A DNA stretch of 64,000 bases from positions 133,240 to 197,239 of the IMG/VR virus record IMGVR_UViG_3300020576_006124. The stretch is one strand, 5' to 3'. The position numbers were made by a program, and so were the translations under genes. This stretch comes from a virus (Duplodnaviria > Caudoviricetes). Position 1 is the first letter of the stretch, and each line of letters opens with the position of its first letter. Of this stretch, positions 1 to 10,133 are shown one piece after another. The notes below the pieces were generated by a model. That model did not search any database. It was not told the DNA's origin and worked only from the letters and a program-made list of their open reading frames with translations.

Positions 1-3000
1 ATCTGTGATACTTGGGATCTCTGATGGTCCTTGAAGAATTTGATCCATGGATCCGCTGTGACCGCCCCCTTCCCCTAATATTAGTCCGTGTCCTTGAGAA
101 CCACTTCCCCCACCAGAACCCCCCGTCCCATACCCATTTTCTGCCCCAGATCCTTCTTCCCCCCCACCTCTTGGGGATGATTTAGAAAGTTTGTAGGGTC
201 GATCTTGTACCTTGTCAACCCAATCAATAAAGGGGTTAAAAGCCAGGACGTTTGAGGCGTTAGTCCAATTACTTCTCCATCTATTATAAAAATTTGGTCT
301 AAATCCCTCAATAGAGGATCCCGAGACTGGGGATCTATTCCCTAATATCCAAAGTCTATTGGTTCTAATAGGATCTTCTCCAAAAGCTAGATAGTCCTGT
401 TGTTCCTCAAAACTTCGTGGGGTAAAATATTGATCTAGACCTGGTACAGCGTCTACTATTCTCTTAGATATGTCATTTAGACCTGTAACTTCTTGAATAA
501 GGCTCTTACCCAGAGAAAGAGGCCCCAGAACTCCTGCTGCAACCTCTGGAAGGGAGGGTAGGCCACTAGAGTCTAAAGAGTTGTTAAGTGCTCCCCAGGC
601 ATAGAATCCTGCCACTACTGGTAATACCCTTGTGAGCCCAAAGGCTGTCATTGTAGAGCCTACAGAACCCAGAGAGGCATTATTAACCCCCAGGCCTACC
701 TCACCAAGGACATTATTAGCAGAGCGGGCCATGACTGTAGCTCTGTAAGAGAATTCATTAAGGGCAGTAGAGGGAGATATAAGACCCTTTAATCCCTCAA
801 ACAAGTTAAACCCTGCAGCTATAGCGTAGTTTGGGATATCATCAAATTGGTTATCCCCCAGTATAAAAGGAGAAAAGCTCTTTCCTGTTACCTGAGATGT
901 GACGCTGCTTCCAGTAGATCCAGCGAGGGTTGATAGGAATTTTAGAGATTGTCTCTCTAAGAAATCTTTTGATCCAGTTAAAGATGTTGCATCTTCCATC
1001 GCATTCTTAAAGATGGGTAAATCTAAAGCCGTTCCACCCAGAACTTCTTGAGGATCAAGGAAAGCGGTGGTGAATCTTCTAAACGAGGATACATTTAGTT
1101 CGGGAGTACCTGTTTTAACAGACCCGGGCCTCAACAAAGAAAAACTCATACTCATGATTTCTTCTGCTGTATTGACCCCTATTTTTTTATACTCTTCTAC
1201 TAGGGCGTCCTCTAGCATAGGGTCCTCCAAATAAGAGGTACCTAAAGAAACGTGTTTAGAAGCTAGCTCTAATACCCTACTACGAGTTAGTTTAGAATTT
1301 TCTACGAACTGAGATTCTGATATATCTCTGATGATTTCTTTTTGGACTGCTTTCTCGGCCTCCAGGTGTAAGGCAGAATGAGATGGGTCTCCTATTAGTC
1401 CTTTTTTAATGCCAGTAATAGTGCCTGTAAAATCAGAGATCCCCCCAGAGTCCTGCTCGGAGACGCTCAGGTTGAGTTCGTGTGGGTGTGATTTAACTCT
1501 TTGAGCTACCCGATAAATATCTGTGGAGCCGGATTCCAATAAGAAATTCTCTAGAGTTTCCGCAGTACCTAAAGCCTTTTCTGGACTTTGTTCTATTGCG
1601 CTTAGAAGCTCTGTTGCGGCCTGAAGAGTGTCAGATCCCCCATTTAATTTAGAAGAGATAAAACTTTTAATAAGGGAGGAGTGGGACTTTGAGGTGTCCT
1701 GTGAAGAGTGAAGAATATGGAATAGAGCTTCGTTCAAATGTTGTGGATCTATCTTCTTGATTTCTTCTGGGTTGTTCAAGATAAAGTTTAACAACTGTTT
1801 AGGGTTAATAGCTTTGTAATCATAGTCCCCCTGCTTCCTTAAGTAGTCAAAAACTAACGCTACCTTATCATTTTTTGGCTGTAGTGTAAAGCCTGTGTTA
1901 GGATGATAACCTATCTCAAAAAACTTATCAGGGTGGTTTACAGCTGCTTCATATATCTTTGAAACTCTTCCCCTATCTCCCCCCTTAAAGAACTCTTTAA
2001 ATGAGGTAAATATACTCTCCATACCTCTAGATTCCACTAGTGATCTTGCTTTTGTATTATGAGATAGGCCTATAACCCCTATGTTTGCCTCTTCTGTTAA
2101 TGAAGCTCTCAGAGTTTTTGGGTTTAGCTCTAAGAGGGATTCCCCTACAGCTATACCATAATTAGATCTTTCAAGATTTGGCATTATTCTAAGAAGATCA
2201 GCTTGTTTTGAGATTTTCCCCAGACCTCTCACTACTTTTGAGTCGCTAGAGTTAAAATTAAGTATGGTTAGTGGGACATTCATAACCCCAGGAAACAAGG
2301 GGACTTGTAGCCTATTAAGAGTTTTGAAAAGGGATTCCTTTCCTCTTTTTTCAAGCATAGACATAGGAACGATACCATGCTTGGTTCTAACAAATCCAGT
2401 TTGGGCATTTAGGGCTCTTTCTTTCCTTTTTATTACCTCTCTTATCATTTCTGAGTCAGAAATCTTTTTACCTTTTAAGGTTTTTTGAGTCATCTGGGCT
2501 ATATGATCAGAAATAGACTTCTCATTTATATTTTGGTCTATGTCTGAGAAGAACCCCAGATCTTTTAAGAATTTACTTCCGTCTGGGCTATCTAAAAGAT
2601 CTTTCAGGGTGAGAGCCTCGGCGTCCTTCCCGAATAGTTTTTTTGCGTGAGCTACTACCCTTTCATTTTCTTTTGCTATGGTTTTTTCAAGAGCCCGATC
2701 TATATCTTTAAAATTAAGTCTTTGAGATACTGCATCCCTGTTAACAGAAAAGTGTCCTCTTTCTATCCCAGAGTGAAGACTATTCAATACATCAATAGGA
2801 GAGTTAAAACCTGACTTAAAATTATCCTTGCCTATAATAGTTATAAGCTTGTTAACCAAGTCAGATGTCACCGACTTTTTAGCTTCCGAAGGGGTATTAG
2901 CTCTTGTATATTCCCTAAAGATAGATGTAATCTGATTTTTAGAGGTAGCTGAATTAAGTGGATTTGAGTCCGTCAACATGGACCCAACCATATTGAAAAG

Positions 3001-3342
3001 ACGTTGCTCCCTTCCGGCATGATTGACTGAGGAAACTATCTGAGACAAAATATCAGACTCTCCATTTAGACTTAGACTCATGGAAGAGCTTCCACTGTGT
3101 ATTAGTGTTTCTGCAAGACCAAGAGAGGTTAGTCCGCCATAAACCTTTTTTGGGTCAATTAATCTAAGAGTTGAAGAAAGGAAGTCTTGAATGGGCTCTG
3201 CCAAGGCTGTGTCAGAAAAAGATAGACCAAGTTTTTTCTTAGCCCCATATGCAGCAATAGCAATTCCAGCAGCGTACTTGGAGTATTTGAAGATAGGGTT
3301 TTCCCCAACATCTTTAGCCTCTCTGTAGCTTCCCTTGAACAT
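1..3342 (-). CDS. Tape-measure-like giant virion protein (partial; runs off window start)
   Basis: ATG at 3342 directly after the tail chaperone stop. The frame reads open to position 1 (1114 codons, MFKGSYREAKDVGENPIF...); missing from the ORF track because it has no stop in the window. Position after sheath/tube/chaperones; hydrophobic Gly/Ala segments. Confidence 0.7.
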   Translation of the reverse strand, partial: MFKGSYREAKDVGENPIFKYSKYAAGIAIAAYGAKKKLGLSFSDTALAEPIQDFLSSTLRLIDPKKVYGGLTSLGLAETLIHSGSSSMSLSLNGESDILSQIVSSVNHAGREQRLFNMVGSMLTDSNPLNSATSKNQITSIFREYTRANTPSEAKKSVTSDLVNKLITIIGKDNFKSGFNSPIDVLNSLHSGIERGHFSVNRDAVSQRLNFKDIDRALEKTIAKENERVVAHAKKLFGKDAEALTLKDLLDSPDGSKFLKDLGFFSDIDQNINEKSISDHIAQMTQKTLKGKKISDSEMIREVIKRKERALNAQTGFVRTKHGIVPMSMLEKRGKESLFKTLNRLQVPLFPGVMNVPLTILNFNSSDSKVVRGLGKISKQADLLRIMPNLERSNYGIAVGESLLELNPKTLRASLTEEANIGVIGLSHNTKARSLVESRGMESIFTSFKEFFKGGDRGRVSKIYEAAVNHPDKFFEIGYHPNTGFTLQPKNDKVALVFDYLRKQGDYDYKAINPKQLLNFILNNPEEIKKIDPQHLNEALFHILHSSQDTSKSHSSLIKSFISSKLNGGSDTLQAATELLSAIEQSPEKALGTAETLENFLLESGSTDIYRVAQRVKSHPHELNLSVSEQDSGGISDFTGTITGIKKGLIGDPSHSALHLEAEKAVQKEIIRDISESQFVENSKLTRSRVLELASKHVSLGTSYLEDPMLEDALVEEYKKIGVNTAEEIMSMSFSLLRPGSVKTGTPELNVSSFRRFTTAFLDPQEVLGGTALDLPIFKNAMEDATSLTGSKDFLERQSLKFLSTLAGSTGSSVTSQVTGKSFSPFILGDNQFDDIPNYAIAAGFNLFEGLKGLISPSTALNEFSYRATVMARSANNVLGEVGLGVNNASLGSVGSTMTAFGLTRVLPVVAGFYAWGALNNSLDSSGLPSLPEVAAGVLGPLSLGKSLIQEVTGLNDISKRIVDAVPGLDQYFTPRSFEEQQDYLAFGEDPIRTNRLWILGNRSPVSGSSIEGFRPNFYNRWRSNWTNASNVLAFNPFIDWVDKVQDRPYKLSKSSPRGGGEEGSGAENGYGTGGSGGGSGSQGHGLILGEGGGHSGSMDQILQGPSEIPSITD

Positions 3343-3346
3343 AGTA

Positions 3347-3901
3347 TTACTTAAACTTCATGTTTTTGAGCATAGAAGATCTTTCCTCTTCCGTGATCTC
3401 TCTTGGTTTTCGCTCAGCTATTGCTCGATCCTGAGCTGACTTTTCTCCCTTTTCAATTCCAAAATACTCTTCAAGGTCTATGCCAGCGGAAGGGGCTGAT
3501 GCCATTGCACAAATTTTATACTTTTCATAAATAAGAGGGTCACAGTTGTCTAAGTATTCTAGGCTGACAGTGGGGAACATCCTAATAATAAGAAACTCAA
3601 GTTTACCTTTTAGGGATTCAATCCACTCATTTGCTTTCTTCCTAACAGGGGAATCTTCCCCTAAAGCAGAGGCCTTAATAACTGCTATCGTCAAGGCCTC
3701 CTTTACTCCGTCAGGAATATTAGCAATTAGGTCTTGCTCAAATACCGCCTTGCTTATTATGAAATCTTGCCTTTTTATCTCCCCCTCGATAGAGTACAGG
3801 CGAGTAGTTTCAGAGGATGTAAGCCCCCTATAGGTAAAAGTCCAGGACTTACCGTCGGGGGTCTTAAATTCTCTTTTGTAAGTTCTGTAGTTATAGCTCA
3901 A
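3347..3901 (-). CDS. Putative tail assembly chaperone
   Basis: Lies between tube genes and tape measure; FTYRGLT motif resembles the preceding chaperone-like ORF. Confidence 0.55.
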   Translation of the reverse strand: MSYNYRTYKREFKTPDGKSWTFTYRGLTSSETTRLYSIEGEIKRQDFIISKAVFEQDLIANIPDGVKEALTIAVIKASALGEDSPVRKKANEWIESLKGKLEFLIIRMFPTVSLEYLDNCDPLIYEKYKICAMASAPSAGIDLEEYFGIEKGEKSAQDRAIAERKPREITEEERSSMLKNMKFK

Positions 3902-4607
3902 TTTCTTCTGTGTCTACTAAATCGTACCCACCAAGCTTACTGATCTTAGCGGATAAAGCTAAGTCTAGACCTGCTACTGAACTGTTCCAATCGTAATCCT
4001 TAGGGTATACAACACAAGATTTAAGAATACTTAAAACCTCATCATCCTCCTCTCTTGCAGTTCTCAATTCTTGTCTGGTTAGGGGCTTGCAAATAAAATA
4101 CTTCAATCCACATCTCATTAACCAAAGCCTGATGCCCGAGTACTCTTTAGTAATTTTATCTATAACATCTTGGTCTGGGTAGGGTGCTATTTGTTCTGCG
4201 TTTAGAAGGGTGGTTTGTGGATCAATCCCTCCCACTCTAAATCCTCTAAAATCAATACCATCAAACCCCGACTTCTCTGTTATTTTAGCTATCATAGATG
4301 GAAGGTCTCCGACATCCAGAGACATCATATCTTCTGGTTCTAGCTTAGGGAATAGTACACATTCCTGATAGATATAGATTTGTGCCTTATCGTAGGGGTC
4401 TTCTAATGAAACTACCGAGTGGTCTTGATTGCCATTGGCAATTGCTTTAGCCACTTTGGAGATCTCCCTAGTCATAGCTGTATAGACTATCTCGTGAGTT
4501 TTTTGTGTTTTAGGGTCTACTTTTGTTATCTTAAACAAAGACCTGTTTGGAAACTCTTTCTTGAAATTACTTATAATTTCTTTTGGACAAATTCCTTTCT
4601 TAATCAT
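3891..4607 (-). CDS. Putative tail assembly chaperone (internally duplicated)
   Basis: Two similar halves (CVLFPK...SGF / CVVYPK...LGGY); synteny. Confidence 0.55.
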   Translation of the reverse strand: MIKKGICPKEIISNFKKEFPNRSLFKITKVDPKTQKTHEIVYTAMTREISKVAKAIANGNQDHSVVSLEDPYDKAQIYIYQECVLFPKLEPEDMMSLDVGDLPSMIAKITEKSGFDGIDFRGFRVGGIDPQTTLLNAEQIAPYPDQDVIDKITKEYSGIRLWLMRCGLKYFICKPLTRQELRTAREEDDEVLSILKSCVVYPKDYDWNSSVAGLDLALSAKISKLGGYDLVDTEEIEL

Positions 4608-4609
4608 AA

Positions 4610-5332
4610 TTAGTCAATTGGTCTAGTACCTTTAGCAATAAAAGAGAAAAGGGAGACAATAGGCTTACCGCTATCATCTACTCCGTAACTCTCCTCATTA
4701 AACTTAACTCCCACTATTTTAACACCTTTTGGGTTAGGATAGGGGTGGATTTTATGCTTAGTTATAGAAAAATCTTGAAATTCATTCTCCGGGCTATAGA
4801 GGGCTTTTTTAACTCCATCATCTTCTCCGAAGATTACGGTTATAGTGTGTTCTTTTTCTGGAGAGTAAACAGGGTGGGTTGCTTCCGGTATTCGGGCGTA
4901 GAACCTATTGTAAATATTATCTAGAGGACGAGTGGAGCTTTTTTCTGTGGTGTTAATGTTGGAGGGGGAAGATCTGCCTAATTGGGAACTAAATTCTTTA
5001 CTCTTATCCTTAGGAACACTTGGGTTTTCTCTAGTCTCGAAACTAGCAAGCCCGCTTAAAAGGTTTTTTAAGTAGTGAGGACTCTTCAGGTTAACAGCTA
5101 CTCTTCCAGCCACTATTCTAGCCCCGGAGTGAATTAAAGTAGCCTCATAGGAGTTCCAATTAGTAAGTGGTGTTTCCTGTTGGCTTTCCTGCCAGCTGAT
5201 TTGAAGAAACTCCTCTACAAAAATGTCGTCTACATAGAGGCTTGTATCTAGCCCAGTATAATAGGTAGAGTCCATGTTGTCAAAAACAACATAGGGGGTC
5301 TTATTAAACAGTTGCGTGATAGGTTTTCTCAT
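4610..5332 (-). CDS. Tail tube-like protein (paralog 3)
   Basis: YYTGLD...GARIVAGRV...FSFIAK aligns with FYSGGD...GKRQIAGSM...VNFVCK of 6722-7510. Confidence 0.6.
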   Translation of the reverse strand: MRKPITQLFNKTPYVVFDNMDSTYYTGLDTSLYVDDIFVEEFLQISWQESQQETPLTNWNSYEATLIHSGARIVAGRVAVNLKSPHYLKNLLSGLASFETRENPSVPKDKSKEFSSQLGRSSPSNINTTEKSSTRPLDNIYNRFYARIPEATHPVYSPEKEHTITVIFGEDDGVKKALYSPENEFQDFSITKHKIHPYPNPKGVKIVGVKFNEESYGVDDSGKPIVSLFSFIAKGTRPID

Positions 5333-6661
5333 TTAAGCCTCAAAGACTTGCACGTTGATATTAAAAGTTCCAGTGTTATCACCATATTCTCCGGACTTAT
5401 CATTAAACTGGAGCCAAAGCTTACCTACTGCACCTGTTTCTTCATATGCTCTGTTTATTTGCCTACCATCTAAAATAGATCGGCCTGGAGTGGTTAAAGA
5501 TATTGCCCCAACAACAGACCATGGCCTACAGTTGCTTGAAGCTAATGTTCCTGTGCCTCCTGAGTAAACTTGAATACAAGAAGCGGGGTTATAAGTAGAA
5601 TAAGAAGCATACTTCCCTTCTGGATAACAATTATCTGTTCCGTCTTGGACTGGGGTTGGGCTAACGGTAATGGATATTCTCTCAGCACCTGTTAATAGCA
5701 CCCCTGTATCATACCAAGAAGCATCTGTAGAATCTAGTGTAACAGATGTTTCTAATAACATATCTCCAGTTAAAGGAAGACCATCTGGTCCTATAGAACT
5801 TACTATCGGGGGTGAATGAGAGGTTCCTGCTGTTGTAGAGGTTACTGTGGTGGCAGTGGTAGAAGAGGACGCTGTAGTGACCACTAATGTAGCTGTGGTG
5901 GCTGTAGTGGTCACAGTGGCTGTAGTGGCAGTAGTAGTGGAGGTAGTAGACGCTGTGGAGCTTCCTGTGGTAGATGTTTCTGCCCCTCCTCCCTGCACTG
6001 GAGAGAGTCTAATCCTATTGGGGTGAGATAGAGACGGTAAAGACTTTCTCTTATCTTCTAGACTCCCTACACTTTTTACCTTTTTACATATAAAGGAGAC
6101 TGTGCTCATTGTGGGTCTGGATTCCATAGTAATATTAATATTACTATCCACAATCTTCATCCCAGCTACTTGAATACCATATAACTGACCTGTTCTAGAG
6201 GTAAAGACTAAAACAGCATCAAGTGGCGGTAGATTTTGGGGCTTATATATTCTATCCTTATTTTCAAGAGCTAAGAACTTATTGTATCTATTCATTACTT
6301 CTGAGAAGGGATGCTCGTCAATAATGTTAAAAATTAGAGATCCTGCCTCAGTTAGGTGCCCCTCTGTAAAGCTCTTAAAGGATAATTGAGAATTGGCAAA
6401 AACAGGGTATACGTCTTTATGGTCGGAGAGATTCATCTCCACCAGTCCAGGCAGTCTAACCATGGGCGCTTGACTATCGTCTTTTATAAAGAAGGGGAGG
6501 ATAATACTGCACACGGCCTGCACCCCAGAGATACTACCGGGCAACATAGACAGGCCATGCCTCTCCTCTTTATTCAAGTTAGAGGTAGAGTATGGAAGAC
6601 CCTCTTCTGGATCCAGATAAACCCCAAGGTTTGGAAGATTAGTCCTGTTTATGCTAGACAT
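5333..6661 (-). CDS. Tail tube-like protein with Thr-rich linker and C-terminal lectin-like (PA-IL/LecA-like) domain
   Basis: N-terminal tube-like motifs (AGSLIF, LPPLD, VSFICK); Thr/Ser/Ala linker; C-terminal WYDTGV...LWLQFND..GEYGDNTGTF. Start moved to ATG 6661 because the longer start lies inside a terminator. Confidence 0.6.
   Translation of the reverse strand: MSSINRTNLPNLGVYLDPEEGLPYSTSNLNKEERHGLSMLPGSISGVQAVCSIILPFFIKDDSQAPMVRLPGLVEMNLSDHKDVYPVFANSQLSFKSFTEGHLTEAGSLIFNIIDEHPFSEVMNRYNKFLALENKDRIYKPQNLPPLDAVLVFTSRTGQLYGIQVAGMKIVDSNINITMESRPTMSTVSFICKKVKSVGSLEDKRKSLPSLSHPNRIRLSPVQGGGAETSTTGSSTASTTSTTTATTATVTTTATTATLVVTTASSSTTATTVTSTTAGTSHSPPIVSSIGPDGLPLTGDMLLETSVTLDSTDASWYDTGVLLTGAERISITVSPTPVQDGTDNCYPEGKYASYSTYNPASCIQVYSGGTGTLASSNCRPWSVVGAISLTTPGRSILDGRQINRAYEETGAVGKLWLQFNDKSGEYGDNTGTFNINVQVFEA
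5822..5985 (-). repeat. Low-complexity Thr/Ser/Ala-coding stretch
   Basis: Encodes TSTTGSSTASTTSTTTATTATVTTTATTAT... Confidence 0.8.
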
Positions 6662-6663
6662 AA

Positions 6664-6695
6664 CAAAAAATTGTGGGAGAAAGCCTCCCACAATT
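6664..6695 (-). terminator. Intrinsic terminator after major tail tube gene
   Basis: ATTGTGGGAG-GCTTT-CTCCCACAAT followed by a T-run on the minus strand. Confidence 0.75.
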
Positions 6696-6721
6696 AATAG
6701 AGTCAAACTATGGGCAACAGG

Positions 6722-7510
6722 TTATGATTTACCGTTCAGAACAGCAGGGGTTACACCATCAATGTCGATCTTCTTCCAGTGTCTGCGATGCTTACACACG
6801 AAGTTTACTGCTTGGGAAGAGGACATATCCGCAAGGGTCATCGAAAAGGCTTCCTGCAAGAACTCAACCCCAAACAAGACCATAGCAGAGACATTTCCAT
6901 CCTTAACAGCTACAATTGTAACATCAATTGGGGGAAGCTGATCTAAGTATTCGATCTTTCTGGATCCAATAAGTCGAGCAGCCACAATCATGTTGTTTTG
7001 AACCTGATCTTCAAATGCCGTAGAAGTAATTGTAGTAGGAACAAGGTCTACTGTAGTGGTGATAGATTGGTTTGATGTGGTAGAAGAGTTTACCCAGGAA
7101 GCTGTGACAACCTTCTTCGCAGCATAGGATGCAGCAGCGGAGTTAGGGTCCCAGAGATCCTTCTGAGTTATAGTGCCTCTCTTAGACAGACTAAGGTACT
7201 CTTCAAGAATGGCGTCCTTATCAGCCATAGAAAACATCATAGAACCCGCGATCTGTCTCTTGCCCTTTACTAGGCCCTGGCTGTCCTGCTGACCCATTTC
7301 CCAAATCTGGGCTCCATCTGTGGCAATACTGCACGAGATGGACTCAAGACGTGGCATACGCTTATGATTAAAGAATACATTAATATCGCCACCAGAGTAA
7401 AAAATTCTCTGGCCGGAATCAGATCCCAGATCCACATCCCCCAAGACCGTCTTGTCAAGGGGGCTATAAGAAGCGTGGGAGAACAGGTTTACTTGATCTT
7501 TATTTGCCAT
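6722..7510 (-). CDS. Major tail tube protein
   Basis: Immediately downstream of the sheath; GKRQIAGSMMF and DQLPPIDVTI motifs typical of large-myovirus tubes. Confidence 0.7.
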   Translation of the reverse strand: MANKDQVNLFSHASYSPLDKTVLGDVDLGSDSGQRIFYSGGDINVFFNHKRMPRLESISCSIATDGAQIWEMGQQDSQGLVKGKRQIAGSMMFSMADKDAILEEYLSLSKRGTITQKDLWDPNSAAASYAAKKVVTASWVNSSTTSNQSITTTVDLVPTTITSTAFEDQVQNNMIVAARLIGSRKIEYLDQLPPIDVTIVAVKDGNVSAMVLFGVEFLQEAFSMTLADMSSSQAVNFVCKHRRHWKKIDIDGVTPAVLNGKS

Positions 7511-7521
7511 TTCTTAATTCC

Positions 7522-9240
7522 TTACTGCTGAATGAACAGAGTGGATATAATATCCTTAATTGCATAAGCGGGCCAGATCCTCAAGTCTACCCGAACTCTT
7601 CCTACCTGAGAATCACCAGCAATCTGATAGATGTTCTGCAGGTATCCTACTCCCTCTCCCCCTCTCAGGGCTCCCATGTTTGCAAAGGCATCCATGACGT
7701 TAATAAGGGATGCAGTCATAGCTACCTTAGTAACCTCATCGTAGGGCTGACTTAAGAACGCATATAAACGATACTTAATAGTCTGCTGAATGGTGTTGCA
7801 CAAGTGAACTGTACTTTGATCCTTCAGGGAGTAGTCCCGAGCCGCACAGGTGGGATCGCTATAGATAACAGGGGATCCATTAGGGCTAATCTCATTATTC
7901 TGCAAGCAGACAATGCCACCACCACCAGACAATTCATCTGTAGCGGAAGCTCCGATGCCTAGATGCAGAAGCTTAGCGTATTTCCCTGAGGGAATTGGGC
8001 CATAAGCCTTAATACCACTAAGAGAGGTTTTAGCGATGGACTTCTGGGGAGGGGTAGACGCATATTTAGCCGCCACCGAAGCCGCCAAGTCCCAAACGTA
8101 ATCTCCGATTTCTGGATGGCTAAAGAGAGCCTCTCCAACCACAGCAGTCACATATGAACCCAGATCAACCGTACCACCCAGACTAGAATCAGTAAGACTC
8201 ATAGCATCCTTTCGAAGGAACCAACCTCCTTTATTCCATCTCAGGGTTGCATTATAGGCTCCTGAGGATGTAGACATAACGTTGTCCGTTAAGTATGTAA
8301 GGTAAGAGGAATAATCCTTGATTCCAGAAGGGCGAAAAGCCATAACACCATGGGCAGGCTGAACCTCCTTAGCATACTTATACAGGAAGACTGCAAAGTC
8401 TGTCAAGGCCGATTGGGTGGTAGTTGATCCAATCTTGTCGTCAATATGAAGCCCATCAACCAAAGCAACACTAAACAACTTCTTACGACCGATAAGCATG
8501 TCGTAGATACCTGTATCTGCTGTAGTTAAGGCTGTATTAAAGTTGGACAAATCGGATGCGTAATCCTCACCAGTGGCAATACATCCATCAGTACCTGCAG
8601 TGCTGACTGTCCCAGATCCTAGGGTGATAGTAGCCGGGGCACTTAAAGCAGAGAGCAAAGTACCCTCTTGTCCAGAGACTGCCGTAAAGGTAACTAGGTT
8701 CTGCCCTGCGTTCATGTAGTCACAAAGTTGTGAAACCGTAGTGGTTCCCGCATAAGAGCCAAAAGTGAATACTCCACCTTTAATGGCCGGTGTGGTCATT
8801 GTGACGGTGTAGTTTCCTGTAGACACAGCGAGTGCAAAGGTGATCTGGTTATAAATTCTACCGGGATTAAGGGCCGTAGCCACAATAGTGTTTACAGGGC
8901 TACCCCCCGAGGTAGCAAAACTGGTTGTAGATGCTTTGGTTCCCCCACCACGTACAGCCAAAATATTTGTAGCACCACCATCTATAAGTCGTTGGATACT
9001 CTTTACCAGAGTTGCACCAGCATCGGAACCATCCGAGGTACTGGTCACAGGACTTTTGTATCCATTTCGATAATCAGCCGGTCCAAAGATTCTAGATGCC
9101 TGAGCAGGAGAATCAATCTCAATAGGCTCCCCACTAGGACCGTCCTGAGCAGTACCGATAACTAAAACAGTTTCTGTTTGATTTTGTGGAGTGACTGCAA
9201 CGAGTCTATCTCCTTTAATTTCTAAAGTTACTCCAGGCAT
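7522..9240 (-). CDS. Tail sheath protein
   Basis: N-terminal MPGV...VLVIGTAQDGP; C-terminal VRVDLRIWPAYAIKDI; 572 aa. Confidence 0.85.
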   Translation of the reverse strand: MPGVTLEIKGDRLVAVTPQNQTETVLVIGTAQDGPSGEPIEIDSPAQASRIFGPADYRNGYKSPVTSTSDGSDAGATLVKSIQRLIDGGATNILAVRGGGTKASTTSFATSGGSPVNTIVATALNPGRIYNQITFALAVSTGNYTVTMTTPAIKGGVFTFGSYAGTTTVSQLCDYMNAGQNLVTFTAVSGQEGTLLSALSAPATITLGSGTVSTAGTDGCIATGEDYASDLSNFNTALTTADTGIYDMLIGRKKLFSVALVDGLHIDDKIGSTTTQSALTDFAVFLYKYAKEVQPAHGVMAFRPSGIKDYSSYLTYLTDNVMSTSSGAYNATLRWNKGGWFLRKDAMSLTDSSLGGTVDLGSYVTAVVGEALFSHPEIGDYVWDLAASVAAKYASTPPQKSIAKTSLSGIKAYGPIPSGKYAKLLHLGIGASATDELSGGGGIVCLQNNEISPNGSPVIYSDPTCAARDYSLKDQSTVHLCNTIQQTIKYRLYAFLSQPYDEVTKVAMTASLINVMDAFANMGALRGGEGVGYLQNIYQIAGDSQVGRVRVDLRIWPAYAIKDIISTLFIQQ

Positions 9241-9294
9241 TTTTGTTTGTTTTTCCTAATTTGTAGGTCTAATATAATAGAGTCCTAAAAAATC

Positions 9295-10131
9295 CTAAGC
9301 TGTATCAAAACTACTATTTACTAGAGGTATTAAAGTATGGGTAATTACTAATTTTCCTCCCACTGCGGGAAGAAAAGAGTTAGACCAAGTTAAAAGACCA
9401 TTGTTATTTTCGTAAGTGGGAGTATAATCCTCCGTGGTTAGATGTGATCCTACATATGATCCTGGGGCTTGATATTTTACTTCGTCTATGGAATCCACTT
9501 TAAATCCCACCTCAGGGGAGATTTCAAACGGATTCGTGTCGGATAAAGTATAGGTATTAGTTTTATACCTCCTCATTAGATTAATCTTGGTTGTTATTCT
9601 TTGGATCTTCATGCTAGTTACAAGCATTTGAACAGGGAGAATAACTTTAAACTTTAAGGTAACATATCTTAAATTGGAATTTCCGTATGAGTTTCGCAAT
9701 TTAGGGTCGGATTGGGCTAGAAAGGATGTGACTATATCGCCATACCCATCCGATGTCATTGCGTCAGTTACAGATTCAAAGGCTTTTTCAAACTCCCAGG
9801 CCATATCGTGTAACTGGTCTACTGAGTCTGAGAAAAGCTCGAATCTGTAGACTATGGTATAGGTTTGAGTATATAGATCTTTTACTTCACCATTCTCATC
9901 CACCAACCTTTTATCAAAGGCTGGACGAATAGCTCCACCCCCACCGTGTCCTTTGTCGTCCCCGGGAGATCTGGATTCTATGGTCCAAACTATAGCATTT
10001 TCTAGCAATTGATCGTCAGGAGTCGCTGGAGCAAATCTAGCATTAAACCTCCTGAGTGATGGTTGCATTTTTTCCCACAGATATTTAGGAAAACTGTAGG
10101 GAGTTATTGACTCGTATCCATCAAAAGGCAT
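9295..10131 (-). CDS. Putative tail terminator/completion protein
   Basis: Synteny upstream of the sheath; YRFELFS...LHDMAWEFE pattern. Confidence 0.45.
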   Translation of the reverse strand: MPFDGYESITPYSFPKYLWEKMQPSLRRFNARFAPATPDDQLLENAIVWTIESRSPGDDKGHGGGGAIRPAFDKRLVDENGEVKDLYTQTYTIVYRFELFSDSVDQLHDMAWEFEKAFESVTDAMTSDGYGDIVTSFLAQSDPKLRNSYGNSNLRYVTLKFKVILPVQMLVTSMKIQRITTKINLMRRYKTNTYTLSDTNPFEISPEVGFKVDSIDEVKYQAPGSYVGSHLTTEDYTPTYENNNGLLTWSNSFLPAVGGKLVITHTLIPLVNSSFDTA

Positions 10132-10133
10132 GA

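Noticed and set aside
1-3342. RNAP fused to the tape measure N-terminus, as in P23-45
   Set aside because: I saw no DxDGD motif in the 1114 visible codons; the rest of the gene is outside the window.
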